DNA of 63,042 nucleotides, the filler included, from Hausera hauseri (Eukaryota), in assembly GCA_046269625.1 (NCBI GenBank). It is 11 parts of 11 records of this genome, joined end to end, with 100 filler letters (N's around TTAATTAATTAA, not from the genome) between each part and the next. Parts side by side here need not be neighbours in the genome. Positions count along the whole stretch, not along the records: positions 50,142 to 54,293 come from JBJURY010732767.1; positions 54,394 to 58,360 come from JBJURY010851080.1; positions 58,461 to 63,042 come from JBJURY010518792.1; 8 more parts are not named here. One strand, given 5' to 3'. The notes below the pieces were generated by a model, which was given only the letters and a program-made list of their open reading frames with translations, did not search any database and was not told the DNA's origin. A program made the position numbers and the translations under genes. Positions 50,530 to 63,042 of the stretch are shown one piece after another. Each line of letters begins with the position of its first letter. Positions within the stretch are counted from its first letter, which is position 1.

Positions 50530-52396
50530 TTCATCGTTTAGCGGGCCAATGGATCATTATTGTGAGTTTTGAACTGATTAGCTTTTGGATGATTTGTTTC
50601 TAATTAATGAATTTATGTCTATTTTGTTGTTGTGTTTTTGCTTACAGTTGCAATGTTTGGTTGCTGCAGTTTCTCATGTAGATGGCGGAGGAGCTATTGC
50701 GGTTGCGGTAATAATTTTGAATTAACTTTTCATATTAATAGTTTTAAATATTATTTATTTGAAATAGCGTTGATTTTCTTATTTAAAATATCATTTTAAA
50801 ATAGAAAAATTGTATTACGTAATACACACTGCTTAATATTTTCTATTTATATTCGCATAATTCTTCATTATGTAAAATGTGTTTACGATAGATTTCGTTG
50901 AAAATGAAGTCATGCTGTATTTCCATTAGTTTTCATCGGTATGAATTAATTTGTGAGTGATTGTGTGTTGATTTCATGTGTTTGTGTGTCTCATTAACTG
51001 CATAATTTGGTAAATTTGTGCCATCTGATTGTGAAGTGAATTTGTATCAGTCGATAAATCGATTTTTTATCATTTTGTTAATGAAATTTTTTCTTTATTT
51101 AATTCAGTTATTTTGGATTATTTTATTGTAAATTATAATGTATAAATGGTGACAATATCTTGAACAATTTATGATAACCGAAAATTTGTTTATCCAGCAA
51201 TTTGGAAAATTCTGAAACCAATATCAAAAAGTGTTGTTTAATGTTTAATTCTGGTTTTCATTTGTATAAACTAATATTAATAAAGCCCATACTCTGCAAA
51301 AAAATCTTATTAAGATCGAAATATCAGTTCAAATTTGCAACATTAGTGTCCTCAAAGATGTATCATTTTACATTATTTAAATTTAGCATATATTGAAAAT
51401 GTTTTTGAAAAACAAATGATACTTGATCAAATCTTTCCACTATGTTTAGTAGCTCGTAAATGACATGGAGAATAATTTGAAATTACTTACCGTTGTTCCC
51501 ATGTGGGAAGTTGATGTTTCTTCCCAATCAAATTCCGGCATGGTAACAATGGAAAGAATATATTGCAATACAAAATTCTTTTGGATTTACATTTGAGATG
51601 ATGAAAAATGATAATGTAAAAGTCTTTTGAGGAATTCTTCTTCATATCATTGGAAAAATAATTTGAAGAAGTGTAATCTTAATTTTAGTTACAAATGTTT
51701 CTGATGTTATTTAGCACCATTTATTGATAATTTTGATGCCATATGATATTCATTTAATTTAAAGGTTAATCTCTTTACCATTGTTCCCATTTGGAAGTTG
51801 ACTTTTTTCTAGTACCATCGTTTCATAAGTTCAATAGTTTGTGTAAGTACAAATTTATGGTGCTAAATAATGAGAAACATTTTGTAAATAAAACTATATT
51901 ATACATTATGGATTCGTAAATATTACATGATTTAGAACTTCATTTTTTCCAATGACATGCATAAGAATTTGAAATTTCTTACCATTATTCTCATATCCAA
52001 ACTTTAACATGAACTATCGATATGAGAACAACATTAAAAATTATCCTTTAGAGTAAAATTAATATCATACTGTATCATCATTATCAATAAATTAATTAAA
52101 ATAGTCTTACCAGATCGAAAGCAAATGATTAAAATCTGAGATTTTTGCTTTAAATATAACTTCCTACACAAATGCACACCGCTATTGTACTTTCTGTATT
52201 TGTGGGCGACTTTCCAAATTTGGACATTTACGTTTATGCAACATCATAAATATTTGAGATTTGGTTAAGTTTTTGTCCATATTTAGACAGTTATAATGTC
52301 ACACACACGATAATGATTTGACACAAACCATATATAAGGATGTTGGAATTACTGTTTTAGCATTACAAATTTGAACACAGCGGACCAGTTGGAGCA

Positions 52397-53092
52397 ATGG
52401 ACAAAATCAATACAACAGATTTCAAAGCAAACCAACCTGTTGGAGCAATACCAATGGATAAAATCAATTCAAATGATTCAGACATAACAATTTTATTGTC
52501 AGATAATGAAAATTCAAGCATTGAAATTGAAAAAAAAGTTGGAGGAAAGTTCGAGATTGAATGTCCGATCATAGACTGTGACAATTCCAATCAGTTCACC
52601 ATGTCAAAAATGGACCCAGATGATACAATCATTTTATCATCAGATGATGAGGAGTTTTTCTCTGATAAAAGAAAAAAACAACAGCAAGAAAAACCTAGTT
52701 TCTGTCCAACTAAGTCATATTTTGATTTTTATATTCATTTTTTAAAAAAAACAATTATATTCAAGTTTGCAAATCCTTTGACCATTAAAGTTTGCAAATT
52801 TGGATATTTATTAAAAGATATAACAGCGGATGATATCTGTTCGCTTGATAGTGAGTTGAACAGGATGTCTGTTATATTATCATTTGATCGAGACAATTTC
52901 TTCATCAAGAAAATAAATAAGTGGGGAATATATAATTCTGATGGACACAGAATTAAACAGATTGAGTCAGAGAGTAGAGTTATGGTGGAAATAAAAATTT
53001 TGGGATACAAACAAAATCAAAATGGAAAATCTTCGCCTATGCTTCAAATTAATGAAGTGAAAATGTGCAACATGAAGTTTGTTGATGAGTAA
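52397..53092 (+). CDS. Intronless 231-aa hypothetical protein; acidic SIM-like N-half, possible OB-fold/SSB-like C-terminus
   Basis: Intact ORF in very AT-rich DNA, with TATATAAG ~65 nt upstream and AATAAA ~25 nt after the stop. Motifs: TIILSSDDEE and IYNSDG..I...SRVMVEIKILGY.....SPMLQINEVK. Confidence 0.6.
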   Translation: MDKINTTDFKANQPVGAIPMDKINSNDSDITILLSDNENSSIEIEKKVGGKFEIECPIIDCDNSNQFTMSKMDPDDTIILSSDDEEFFSDKRKKQQQEKPSFCPTKSYFDFYIHFLKKTIIFKFANPLTIKVCKFGYLLKDITADDICSLDSELNRMSVILSFDRDNFFIKKINKWGIYNSDGHRIKQIESESRVMVEIKILGYKQNQNGKSSPMLQINEVKMCNMKFVDE

Positions 53093-53949
53093 ATGATTTT
53101 ATTTATTTGGATTTAATAAATTGTTTATTGTTTTTCATTTATATATCTAGATTTGAAATTGATTTTCATTTGTGTTTAATATTTTATAAGTCTATATTAC
53201 ATATATTTGTCAATTATTATTCATAAGTAATGAGATTTTGTTTTAAAGTTATTGTTGAATGAAATAGAAATTTATGAGATTTTACAATTCTTCTGCATGT
53301 CATAGGAAATTTAATAAGTGACAAATTATGTAAGAATTAAAAAACTATATAGCGCATTTTGTAACATATAGAACTTATAAATTTAGACTATCACTGACGT
53401 GATATTCCAAATATTTATTTTAAATAGAAATATTTATTTTCATTAGAGACATGCATACTTAGACATTGGATACCCCATCTATTTCAATGTGAACACTTTC
53501 CTATAGTTATTCATTGTGGTTCAATGCTCGTTTAATTATTTGAAAATCGTAATTGTTAAATAAATAAATTGGAATTTTATTCGATTTCTACTCATTCTTT
53601 TATTAACAAATTTATTTTATACTTGTACAATTATTTGATGATTTGGTTTAAAGTCAATTTGTTTAGTTACCAGTAGTTTGTATAATATATATATCAATAA
53701 GATATGTACCCCATTTATCGTTAAGAAATAGATTGTGTTGTAAAGGTATATTTTGTTTTTAAAATTCGCTTGAAATTAATTTTAGCTCATTATTAACCAT
53801 CTTCATTTAAATGAATATATTCAACAAAATGTTATAAAACGTACATTTAATAAATTATTATGTTACTTAATAAAATTATATGTTCCTTTCACCATGTGTG
53901 TATCACTTTAAGCTCTTTACTATTGGTGTTGTTTAGAAGACAAATTAAA

Positions 53950-54286
53950 TACCGCTAGCGGTAACTTTGAAGGTGGCTTCATTCCTTTTTGTTCGCGACT
54001 TAACCTTTAGCTCAAACGAATAGATTACCACCATCGGTAACTTCACAGGAGGCGGCATTCCTTTGTGTTATCGAGTCCTCCAGGTGATCAGAACACAAAG
54101 GAAATACCGCTGACTTTAGAGGAGATGGTGTTCCTTTATAGGTGCGTAGCGCACAGAGAAAAGGCAACTTCAAAGGTGGCGGCATTCCTTTGTGTGTGCT
54201 TAGCCCACATAGAAAAGACCGCACTAGCGGCAACTTCAAAGGCGGCGGCATTCCTTTGTGTTCTCGAAGTCACCTTTCTATCTACT
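53950..54286. repeat. Five imperfect ~60-75-bp subterminal repeats ending in ...CTATCTACT (possible Polinton terminus)
   Basis: GGCAACTTCAAAGG(T/C)GGCGGCATTCCTTTGTGT variants; the end resembles the terminus at 1658. Confidence 0.55.
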
Positions 54287-54849
54287 TATAATCNNNNNNN
54301 NNNNNNNNNNNNNNNNNNNNNNNNNNNNNNNNNNNNNTTAATTAATTAANNNNNNNNNNNNNNNNNNNNNNNNNNNNNNNNNNNNNNNNNNNNAATAACT
54401 CAATTTTCACGCACCAACAAATTGAGGTTAAATTAATTATATTTAACCAGTTTTATCTTTTATCACAAGGATCAATTGAATACCTGCCTACCAATGCAAA
54501 TAACAACAACCATCAAAGAACTTTTCTTTGCTGCAGGTGCTAAAAGTGACTTTGCGTGCCTTACTCGATTGGTTTGTGTTAGGCTGTTGAGTGATATTTT
54601 GTGATGGAAGTTTTGTGTCATTATGTGGTTCAATGTGTGGTGATGCTTGTGATGACAGTGATGAGGATAATGAGGAGAATATTTCAAATACAGTAGGCGA
54701 TACAATTGAAGGAGATGAAGCAGTCGATGTAGGCAAAGAAGGCGAAGAAAGTGGTGGAGATAACGAAAGGGAGGGACAGAAAGGTGATTGATGCAATGGC
54801 GCGAAGTCATTTAGAAAGTCAGAAGGCGTAGGAGTTGAGTTTGAATTTG

Positions 54850-57800
54850 AGGTAGAATTGGCATCCGGAATGTCATCAATGAAGAAAGCGGATTTCAAGT
54901 TCGAAATATGAACGTTGTAAGGTTTATCTTGGCATAAGATGGTAGCTGTGTAAGATGAAAGATTTAACAGTTTTTATGGGCCAACATATTGAGGTCTAAA
55001 ACCAGAAGGAGATTGATCCTTCAGCCACACAAACTTAGCGGAGTATAAATCCTGCGGAATATAAAATTTGTTGTCATTAAAGAGACGACAGAATAAATCT
55101 GAGTTTACCTTGACGAAGTGAGATTGTGCTGCACGAATGTTATCGTCTGTGGCGTTGTTGTCGAGATCAGAAAGTTCAAATAAGGCCCGAATTTGTGACC
55201 CAAAGAGTGCTTCGGCTTGAGAATAATTGGTAGCAGTAGAGGGTGTGTTGCGCCAACTTAGTAGAATAAATGGTAGAATTGACATCCAATTACGATGAGT
55301 GTCAGCCAAGATTTTTAAAGAAACTTTCATTGTTCGATGGAATCTTTTAAGGAGACCATTTGCTTGAAAATGATATGGAGTTGTATGGAAATGGGATATC
55401 CCCAAGTGCTTTACAAGCGATTTCAAGAGGTCCGATTCAAACTGTGAACCTTGATCCGTTATTACATGGGGAACAAAAACGACTGATCCAGATTTTTATA
55501 AAGGCGTCAGCTACTGAATCAGTGTTCGTTAAACGAAGAGGAACGGCTTCAGGCTAGCGAGAAGCACGATTTATCATTGTAAGGATATATTGATATCCGT
55601 TGTCAGAATGTAAAGGGCCAACGAGATCAAGATGAACTGTATGAAGGTGTGATGTACAGGGAAGATGGTAAAGCGGCGGTTTAAGGTGTTTGTTGATTTA
55701 GTACTTTTGACAGGCTACGCATTTTTTGACCAAACCCTGTACATCTTTACGCATTGATGGCCAAACTACATGACGTTGAAGCAGGCGAAAGGTTGCTTTC
55801 AAACCTGGATAATGGAGTGAATGCGTATGAATGAAAGCTGGCTTTTGTAAAGGTAGTGCTAGAATGATCTTTTTATTACCGGTTTTCGACTTAACAAAAG
55901 CAATGCCATCAATGATCTCGAAGGATTTGAAGGAACTAAGGGTCAGCAGACGGTAGATTTGTCTTTAAAGCTTTGGATGAGAAAATCGGCTCAACTGTAA
56001 TGGAGCCAACCGACATCGATAGAAAATCTGCTACCAAATTATCTGTGCCTGAGATGTATTACAAAACAAAACTGAACGTAGACATGTATGATATATGTCT
56101 TTCTTGCCCCGGCGATGGTTGTTTTAACGACATGATGTTCAGGAGCGGCTTGTGGTCAGTTTGAATAACAAATGGACGAGAAAGAAGTAGATGTTTGAAA
56201 TGTTTTACTGCCTAAACTATGGCGAGTAACTCACGGTCAAATGTTGAGTAACGGCTTTCGGGTTGTGTAAGCTTCCTAGAGTAAAATTCTAATGGTTCGT
56301 CAACGCCATTAGAGATCTGGTGTAGCACTGCACCGGTAGCTGTGGTAGAGGCATCGGTGGTAAGTATAAGATCTGCGTTGGGCTTTGGATAGGCCAATAT
56401 TTCAACGATTTTTAGGTCTTCGCTTAAGTGAACAAATTTGGTGACTAAATCAGGAGTCCAGTGGATTGACTGCCTCTTTTCTCCAGATGATAAATGTGCA
56501 AAAGGTGCTGTAAGCTCAGAGCAATGCGGTACGTATTTGTGGATGAAGTGGAGCGTGCCTAAGAAACTCCTCATATCCGTAGTGGTTGTTGGTAGCGTTA
56601 TGTGTTTTAATTGTTGTAGTCGATCCGGTTGTGGAGAATGGCCGTGAGGAGTAATCATGTGATCTAGAAAATTAACACGTTTTTGAAAAAAATGACATTT
56701 TGAAAAATTGAATTGCAAATTGCTGTGATGTAATCTATAAAAGATAATACGGAGGTGTTCTTGATGTTGTTTAACATATGTGGAGGCGACTAATATATCA
56801 TCAATGTATGGATGAGCTAAGTCAATGCCTAAAAGGACGGTATCAGTGTTCCGTTGAAAAGTTTGGGAAGCACTACGTAAGCCAAATGGCATAAAGATAT
56901 ATTCATAGAGGCCAAATGGAGTAATAACATCAGTTTTTAGAATATCATCAGGTGCAACCGGAATTTGATAATATGCTTTATGCAAGTCAATTGTGGAGTA
57001 CGCGTTAGTGTTGATAAGACTGTACAGGATGTTTTTTATGAGAGGTAAAGGGTAAGCATCCAGGGCTGTTAGGTTGTTTAACTGCCGATAGTCACCACAT
57101 GGTCTGTAAGTGCCATCTTTCTTTGTCACTACATGCAAAGGTGAAGTCAATGGTTATTTGGATCTTTGAATAATGCCAGCCTTTTCGAGTTCATTAAACT
57201 CTGACTCAAGGGCTTTTCGCCTACGAGGTAACTGTGGTCTGACCTTTTGTCTGATAGGTCTTTGATGTTCGGTAAGTATGTGGTGATAAGTTGTATAATG
57301 CGGCTTGAAATTGACGTCCTCCTTGAGAGTTTGGAAACAAGAAGTTTTTATGTAGGATTTAAGATTGGATTCCAACGATAAGAACGATTAGGGCATATTA
57401 TTGGAAGAGTCAGTGGCTGTAATTAATGTAGAATGACTGAACACTTCATTAACGACATTCGGTTCAACCGATTGTTTCAAGATTGGTTTGTTTCCACCTG
57501 ACAAAATTGGAAATATGGATGAATTATTAAGTGTACTGTTATCAGCCGATGAACAGCATGTCAAATTGATATTTGAATGAACAGAGGAGGATAAGAAGGT
57601 GTACGACTGGTCGTCTGGTGAGCATTTGTTGGTATTTGCAACGGAGTTTCTGCGCAGGAGACATTTATGCTTACAGTCGACTAACAAATCGTATGCAGCC
57701 AGGAAATCGGAGACTATTATGGGCGATCTAATATTGGCTATGTAAAATTTCCAAGAGAATTTCCCTGGTAGATTGGAGAATATGAAGGACAGTTTTGTGG

Positions 57801-58360
57801 TACCTACAATGTTCAAGGTTGACCACAGGCAGTGAAGAGTGAAGGAGAGAAAACTGTGTTGGATGTAGAAGCGAAAGGCAAAGGAAGAAGTGAAAAGGCA
57901 GTTTCTAAATCGATAAGGAAGTCTATGTGTGAGGTGTCTCCAAATAACAGTTCAGCTTTAAACAGAAAGACTGCAGAGGCAATGTTGAAACGGCCAGAAT
58001 ATTGAGCGATATTGCCTATACCAGAATGTGCTGTGGCATCTGGCGGCGTTATCAGTTTTTTGAGGCTTGTTGGGAAAAAGAAGAAGAATTATGAGTACGA
58101 GGAGGCAAAGAAGATGGAGAAAAACTTGAATTCTTTTTATAATACTTGCATCGTGGCACACACGACCTAGCCTTGGACTTATACTTTGTATGATAAATGC
58201 AGATTGAGCTGTATATTGCATAACGTTCGTCGTAAAATCGACAGCCCAAAACACACTTTCTTGCGTCTCTGTGGAATTTATTGTAATGAAAACAATTCAT
58301 TCTTCAATATCGAGATATGGACCGAAAGAAGTGCCTGGAAAGGCTACGGTTGCGCGAAAC
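54850..58360 (-). mobile_element. Decayed Ty3/Gypsy element, CsRn1-like (gag CHCC, protease, RT, RNase H, integrase)
   Basis: Gag Cx2Hx9Cx3C (CIYHTKYKSKARSCVPRC); protease-like FLID; RT RPCGDYRQLN, MPFGL, YIDD; RNase H TDAS, DRELLA; integrase HLDLVGPL, TTPYH.QANG, YVGP. In-frame stops at 57154 and 56212. Confidence 0.92.
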
Positions 58361-58460
58361 NNNNNNNNNNNNNNNNNNNNNNNNNNNNNNNNNNNNNNNN
58401 NNNNTTAATTAATTAANNNNNNNNNNNNNNNNNNNNNNNNNNNNNNNNNNNNNNNNNNNN

Positions 58461-58735
58461 AAAGTATACAACAAGTAATTACTCGGTGTTACATCAGTAC
58501 CGTCAGGTATATCTGTTCCATCAGATTTTGTCACTTTGATTTTCACACATAGTAAAGTATCATTTAAGTCTAAATAATCCGTTTCCTATCCATTTATGTT
58601 AAATTCTATGCTATTGGTACTGGGAATTGAATCTTTCGGATAATGTTTCAAATGTAGAAGTATTTAGATGTTAAAAATATCCGATAATGGACAGATCCGG
58701 CAATGAAAATTTAGAATTCAGAAACAAATAAAATT
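58461..58735 (-). pseudogene. Polinton major capsid protein, N-terminal fragment
   Basis: HYPKDSIPSTNSIEFNING.ETDYLDLNDTLLCVKIKVTKSDGTDIPDGTDVTPSNYLL matches the MCP IEF.I.G...YLDL..T.L.VK.K...DG......P.N pattern. Confidence 0.8.
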
Positions 58736-59256
58736 CCCACGCGAAAATTTATAAGTATTATCTACAAGTCTGAATCAAAATGGTCGACAAAATCAATTTA
58801 TTTTTTTAAATTTTCACTGTGCAAAAAAAATTTACAATATTAAAACAAAACTATCACATACGCGAGCACATATAGACATTTACACGGATTCAACAACAAT
58901 AACACGTTTGAATGTCGATAATATATGCCTCTAAATACACGAAACTGACATTTCTGGACAAACTTTGCTACAACGGTCGATAGAAATGGCATATATTCAT
59001 CTCTTGCAGACATTATTAATGGCAAATATCAGTCTTCTGGCATCGTTAAAAATTTCTGATATGTGGAATTTACCGAAAAGGTTGCTTCCAAATTGTCTCA
59101 TGGTTTGGATAATTTGGTTCGTTACATCAAATGACAAATTCCTCAGGGCATCAGTTAAAAATGTGTTTGTTTCTATGGTAACGACATCAGACATGTCAGC
59201 ATAATATTGGAAAATTTGTCAACAGACGTTTTAAGTGACAAAGGGAATTATATAAC

Positions 59257-59790
59257 TTATTTCGACGTTCTTTTGCAGAATTCATTTTCTGTGACAATGC
59301 CATTTGACAAAGACTGTGTCAGTAGAAATAATATCCAAATAATGGACGACACAATTACTATAGCGATTATTATGATTTTCCACTTTCGTTTCGGATTGTC
59401 CTTTCGATTCCTATTCTGAAGTAAATGCCTTTTGTCGGAGATTACAAAGATTATGGCGCCAAATATGTACAACAGTCCAATAATTAATGTGAAGAGGCAA
59501 AAGACAAAGCACACCACCGTGATGATGTTGTCTCTATTGCTGGTAGCGTTCATTTTACTCGTGTTGAAAATTCCGTTAGACTCCGATGGGTAATATCTTG
59601 ATGAGTTCAACATATATTCAAAGAAATATTTCATCCACATAGTCCTATTGGATAGATTTGTCATATTTACCTGAGTCCCTTGAAACTGTATATTATCCAT
59701 TATCACTTTTACAACGCCTCCATCGTTGATAAATGTCCTCGTATCGAGATAATTGTTTCCGATATTGAAAATAAAATTAAAAGTGACCAT
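59257..59790 (-). CDS. Hypothetical 177-aa membrane protein (two predicted TM helices)
   Basis: Hydrophobic runs IITVVCFVFCLFTLIIGLLYIFGAIIFVI and IIIIAIVIVSSIIWILFLL flank a basic loop. The N-terminal part has several N-x-S/T sites. Confidence 0.45.
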   Translation of the reverse strand: MVTFNFIFNIGNNYLDTRTFINDGGVVKVIMDNIQFQGTQVNMTNLSNRTMWMKYFFEYMLNSSRYYPSESNGIFNTSKMNATSNRDNIITVVCFVFCLFTLIIGLLYIFGAIIFVISDKRHLLQNRNRKDNPKRKWKIIIIAIVIVSSIIWILFLLTQSLSNGIVTENEFCKRTSK

Positions 59791-60850
59791 TGAACCTTTC
59801 TGACAGATTGGAGTTACTTCTTTATATGTATATAGAGTACTGTTGCAAAACCGAAAGAAATCAGTACCGAAATGAGAAAAATGGAGATAGCTGCGTACTG
59901 ACTGAGAGATTTAGGAGACGGATTTTCTGAGTCAATTTGAGTACTGTTCAATGAATTTCCAGTTGTTTCTTTATTACAGGCAAACGAGCTCTTTGTCGAG
60001 TTTGGTTCGTTTCCGATCATACGGTTTCGTTGTCGGGTTACAAAATCAATCATTAGATACAACACTTTTCATGGTAATCACAATTTTTTCCGAGGCTTCT
60101 TTTCAACATTGGTCTAGAATACATATCCCGAATACCTGCCAATGATTGAAGATAAATTTGAGGAAGCCTGGCGCTCTTCTCACTACAAATCATTAGAAAT
60201 TTATTGACATGAAGTGAATCTCATCATAAATCCTCGACTTGAATACTTTAGGGGTTTCTTTAGGGCTAATGAATGACGTTCAGACATGCGTATGCATGCA
60301 TGTACAAATGGTTCTTGTCTCAACGACTGAATTGCAATACTTGACACATCATTAGAATTAGGATTAGAACAAACGGTGATGGATCGTCGATCAATGGGCT
60401 ATCACTGACGGTGGAATAATTATGTTTAGTCTGTGATTTAATTGAACAATCGGCGACATTAATTGCACTCGACGATGCGTACGAGAGCGTGCAAAGTAGG
60501 CATAGCAGATTTCTGAATACTACGAATAGCACTAGTCACTAGCGTAGGCGACATGTATTCTGAACATTCCGATTCTGACCTCGTGTCTTTCTGGCTACTC
60601 GACTCATTGCAATCAGACACCGCATACGTAACTTCGGCCTTATTCACAGAATGGGAAATGTTGATTTGGTTTTTCAGGTTGATAAATGGCGCAAACTATA
60701 TTGATATGATGTTCTTGCGTAATTTTTTGAATTTATCTTCATTCGAGGCGGAAAATCGGGGCCTACCTATGTGCCCGACACGCCGGCAGCGGAAACCCGG
60801 CCGTGCCCAACCAAAATGACCAGAGGGCGACAATCGACAAGGGCACCACA

Positions 60851-62100
60851 ACAGCTACAACTATATTTCGACCGGGTAAGTTGTTTTTCCTCATAATCGA
60901 TATCAGTAACACCATCCCATTTTGCTGGTAATTGAGTAATCGACTGCAAGTCACTGAATGCTTTGGCAGCTGTGTATAGAAAAATTCCTTTTCCCTTAAT
61001 GATGTCGGAAGGAAAGGCCGATTTTGTAAATGGGTAACTATCTAAATTGGAGGCTAAAGTTTTCATTGAAGCCGGTAAAAACTGAAGAGTGTCTAGAAAT
61101 CTAATAGTAACTGACTTTTTACCCAAACATCTTATCATAGCAAACATAGTCAAAAATTTTTCAGTCGTTTGTGGAATAACATTTAACTCCCAACTGCTAA
61201 ATTTACTTAATACGTGTTTTAAGGTATGATGAAGATAGCATCCACGCAAATTATGAAACATAACAAGTAAATTGAATCTGATCTGTCGTTCTAAGTTACA
61301 TTTGTTGCAAGCAGGACCTAAGAATTTACCTGTAACATGACAGTGATCTCTAACAAATTTAGTGCCCTTTTCATGGCATAAGTAGCATGATGCGCCGTTT
61401 TTAAACTGAAACCATTCAGCTGGTGTTAACGGGATCATTGGCTTTTTAGCACTTTTATACCATGGGAATACAAGTTTCTTAACAACTTCCTCTAAACATG
61501 CCAGAAACTCAACGATGGAATTTTCACCTACAAATTGCATATATTCAATACCTGTTGGCGAAACTAATAGAAGACCGGCTGCAGCAGGCAAATGAATATG
61601 CTTGACTTTATCATCAGGACACAGAACAGATTCAAAGTCGGCATATACAACGAAAGGTGGACTTATAGATTTGGCCCAGAACTTAAACTCGCAAAACTTA
61701 TTTTCGGGCATTTTATACAAAGTTATGCATTTAGAATTAGACACACATTGGTAAATGCTTGTAATAAGCAGTCTCGTATCTAAAGCCTTGTAAACATTTT
61801 CACACCAATGTTTATATTGAATTCTTATGCTTTTAGACTGTATGTTTAACAGTCAATTAAGATTGAGAACAGCTACATAGTAAAAGTGGTTATCATTCTC
61901 AAGAATCAGCAAGTTAACTACAGAACCAATCGGATTTTTGTTTCTATACAAAACATCAAAAAATGAATTTTTACTATGTCCTCATCAAAATCCACATCAT
62001 TTTCCTCATTAAACAAAAAGACATTAAGTGACAACTGTGCATTCTGTCTCTCAAATTTGCCTATATTGCATACTTTCATAGGCAAATCTTCCAAATTATC
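60851..62100 (-). pseudogene. Polinton pPolB (exonuclease + endonuclease VII-like insert), truncated at 60850
   Basis: Motifs PFVVYADFES, CYLC...VRDHCHVTGKFLGPACNKCNL, FHNLRG, RFLDTLQFLPAS and KGIF. A disrupted upstream part has KFERQN...LNVF and VNLLIL...HF. Confidence 0.9.
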
Positions 62101-62109
62101 AATTTATTT

Positions 62110-63042
62110 TTAATTTTTTAATTTTTAAATTTTCAGAAAGTGCAATATTGATTTTTCGAAAGTACAATATCGATTTTCGAAAATTTTCGAAAAATTGAAA
62201 AAGGTGTATTTTCGAATTCTGTATATGATGGTATTGCTAGAAAAAAATTTTCGAAAAAATTTTTTTTTAATTCGAATCTTTTCACCGAGTTTTCGAATAA
62301 TTTTAGCTGGAAGGACAAAAATGTTCAGTTTTCCGAGCTCTATCTGATTGTATAGGTCGCAAGTCTGTACGATGTAAGGAACCGAATATAAAGCGATTCG
62401 AATATTTCGAAAAAATCTTTCAAAATGAAATATCTCGGCAACCAAAAATCGTATTGAAGTGAGATCAAGTTTGTCGGATGGAGAAATAAATTCTATCTTG
62501 GGCATAACTTATTCGAAAAAACTTTTTCGAAATCGATTTTTCGATTTACCGAGTTTTCGAATAATTTTGAGTTCTACATGAAAGATGTTTCGTTTTTTGA
62601 GCTCTATCGACTAGTACAGATCGCAAGTCAACGTGACTTACGGTTTCGAATATAACGATTCGAATATTTCGAAAAAAAATTTCAAAATGCAATAACTCGG
62701 CAACGAAAAATCGTATTAACATGCGATCAAGTGGGTTAGATGCAGAAAAATTCTCTATCGACTCCAATTAAAATTGACGACTTACACTTTAAGATAAAAT
62801 TCGATTTTCAGTGCTTAAAATATTCGAAACGCAATATCTCAGCCCCATACGACGTATTGACCTGCGATCAAGTTTGTCGGAATCAGGAAAATGCCTTCTA
62901 TCAAATAAAATCAAACACTATCGATTTCCAATTTTTTCGTTAAAACTCGATTTTCGAATATTTTTTCGAATATGTTTCATTTTCTCGTGTACCACTAGTC
63001 AATAGGTATTATTTAAACCAAAAATCACCCCAAAATGTTGTT
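62110..63042. repeat. TTCGAA-rich non-autonomous element with ~264-bp internal duplication
   Basis: ACCGAGTTTTCGAATAATTTT...GAGCTCTATC...TCGCAAGTC occurs at ~62284 and ~62548; it abuts the 5' part of pPolB. Confidence 0.6.

Noticed and set aside
15585-58460. TTAATTAATTAA as a recurring biological motif, and gene neighbourhoods spanning gaps
   Set aside because: Synthetic concatenation linker; for example, pPolB next to the 68-bp satellite is not evidence of linkage.
62125-63005. Short F/K/I-rich ORFs
   Set aside because: They lie in an AT-rich repetitive element and show no recognisable domain.

Overview
Eukaryotic (invertebrate animal-like, AT-rich) repeat-rich DNA. It is not one locus: ten artificial 100-nt spacers (N-run + TTAATTAATTAA + N-run, stops in all six frames) join 11 separate contigs, so adjacency across spacers is meaningless. 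Content: several decayed Polinton/Maverick (adintovirus-like) pieces (major capsid, adenain protease, pPolB, core-like and DEDD-like ORFs, AGTAG-type termini), a deleted hATm/CC8K15.2-like DNA transposon, two decayed Ty3/Gypsy elements, a decayed ORF with a Ulp1-like protease, and four large tandem arrays (GAA-rich 120/240-bp, 67-68-bp satellite, GGTAGT, TTCG). Two observations stand out. First, the 3' end of an apparent LTR retroelement (PPT + ~530-bp LTR, minus strand) carries, in the env position, a fibronectin-III/transmembrane ORF and a catalytically degenerate REX4/ISG20-like nuclease. Second, there is an in-frame chimera of a Rabankyrin-5 (ANKFY1)-like fragment and an insulin-receptor L1 exon. 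All family calls come from motif recognition by eye; no database search was run.
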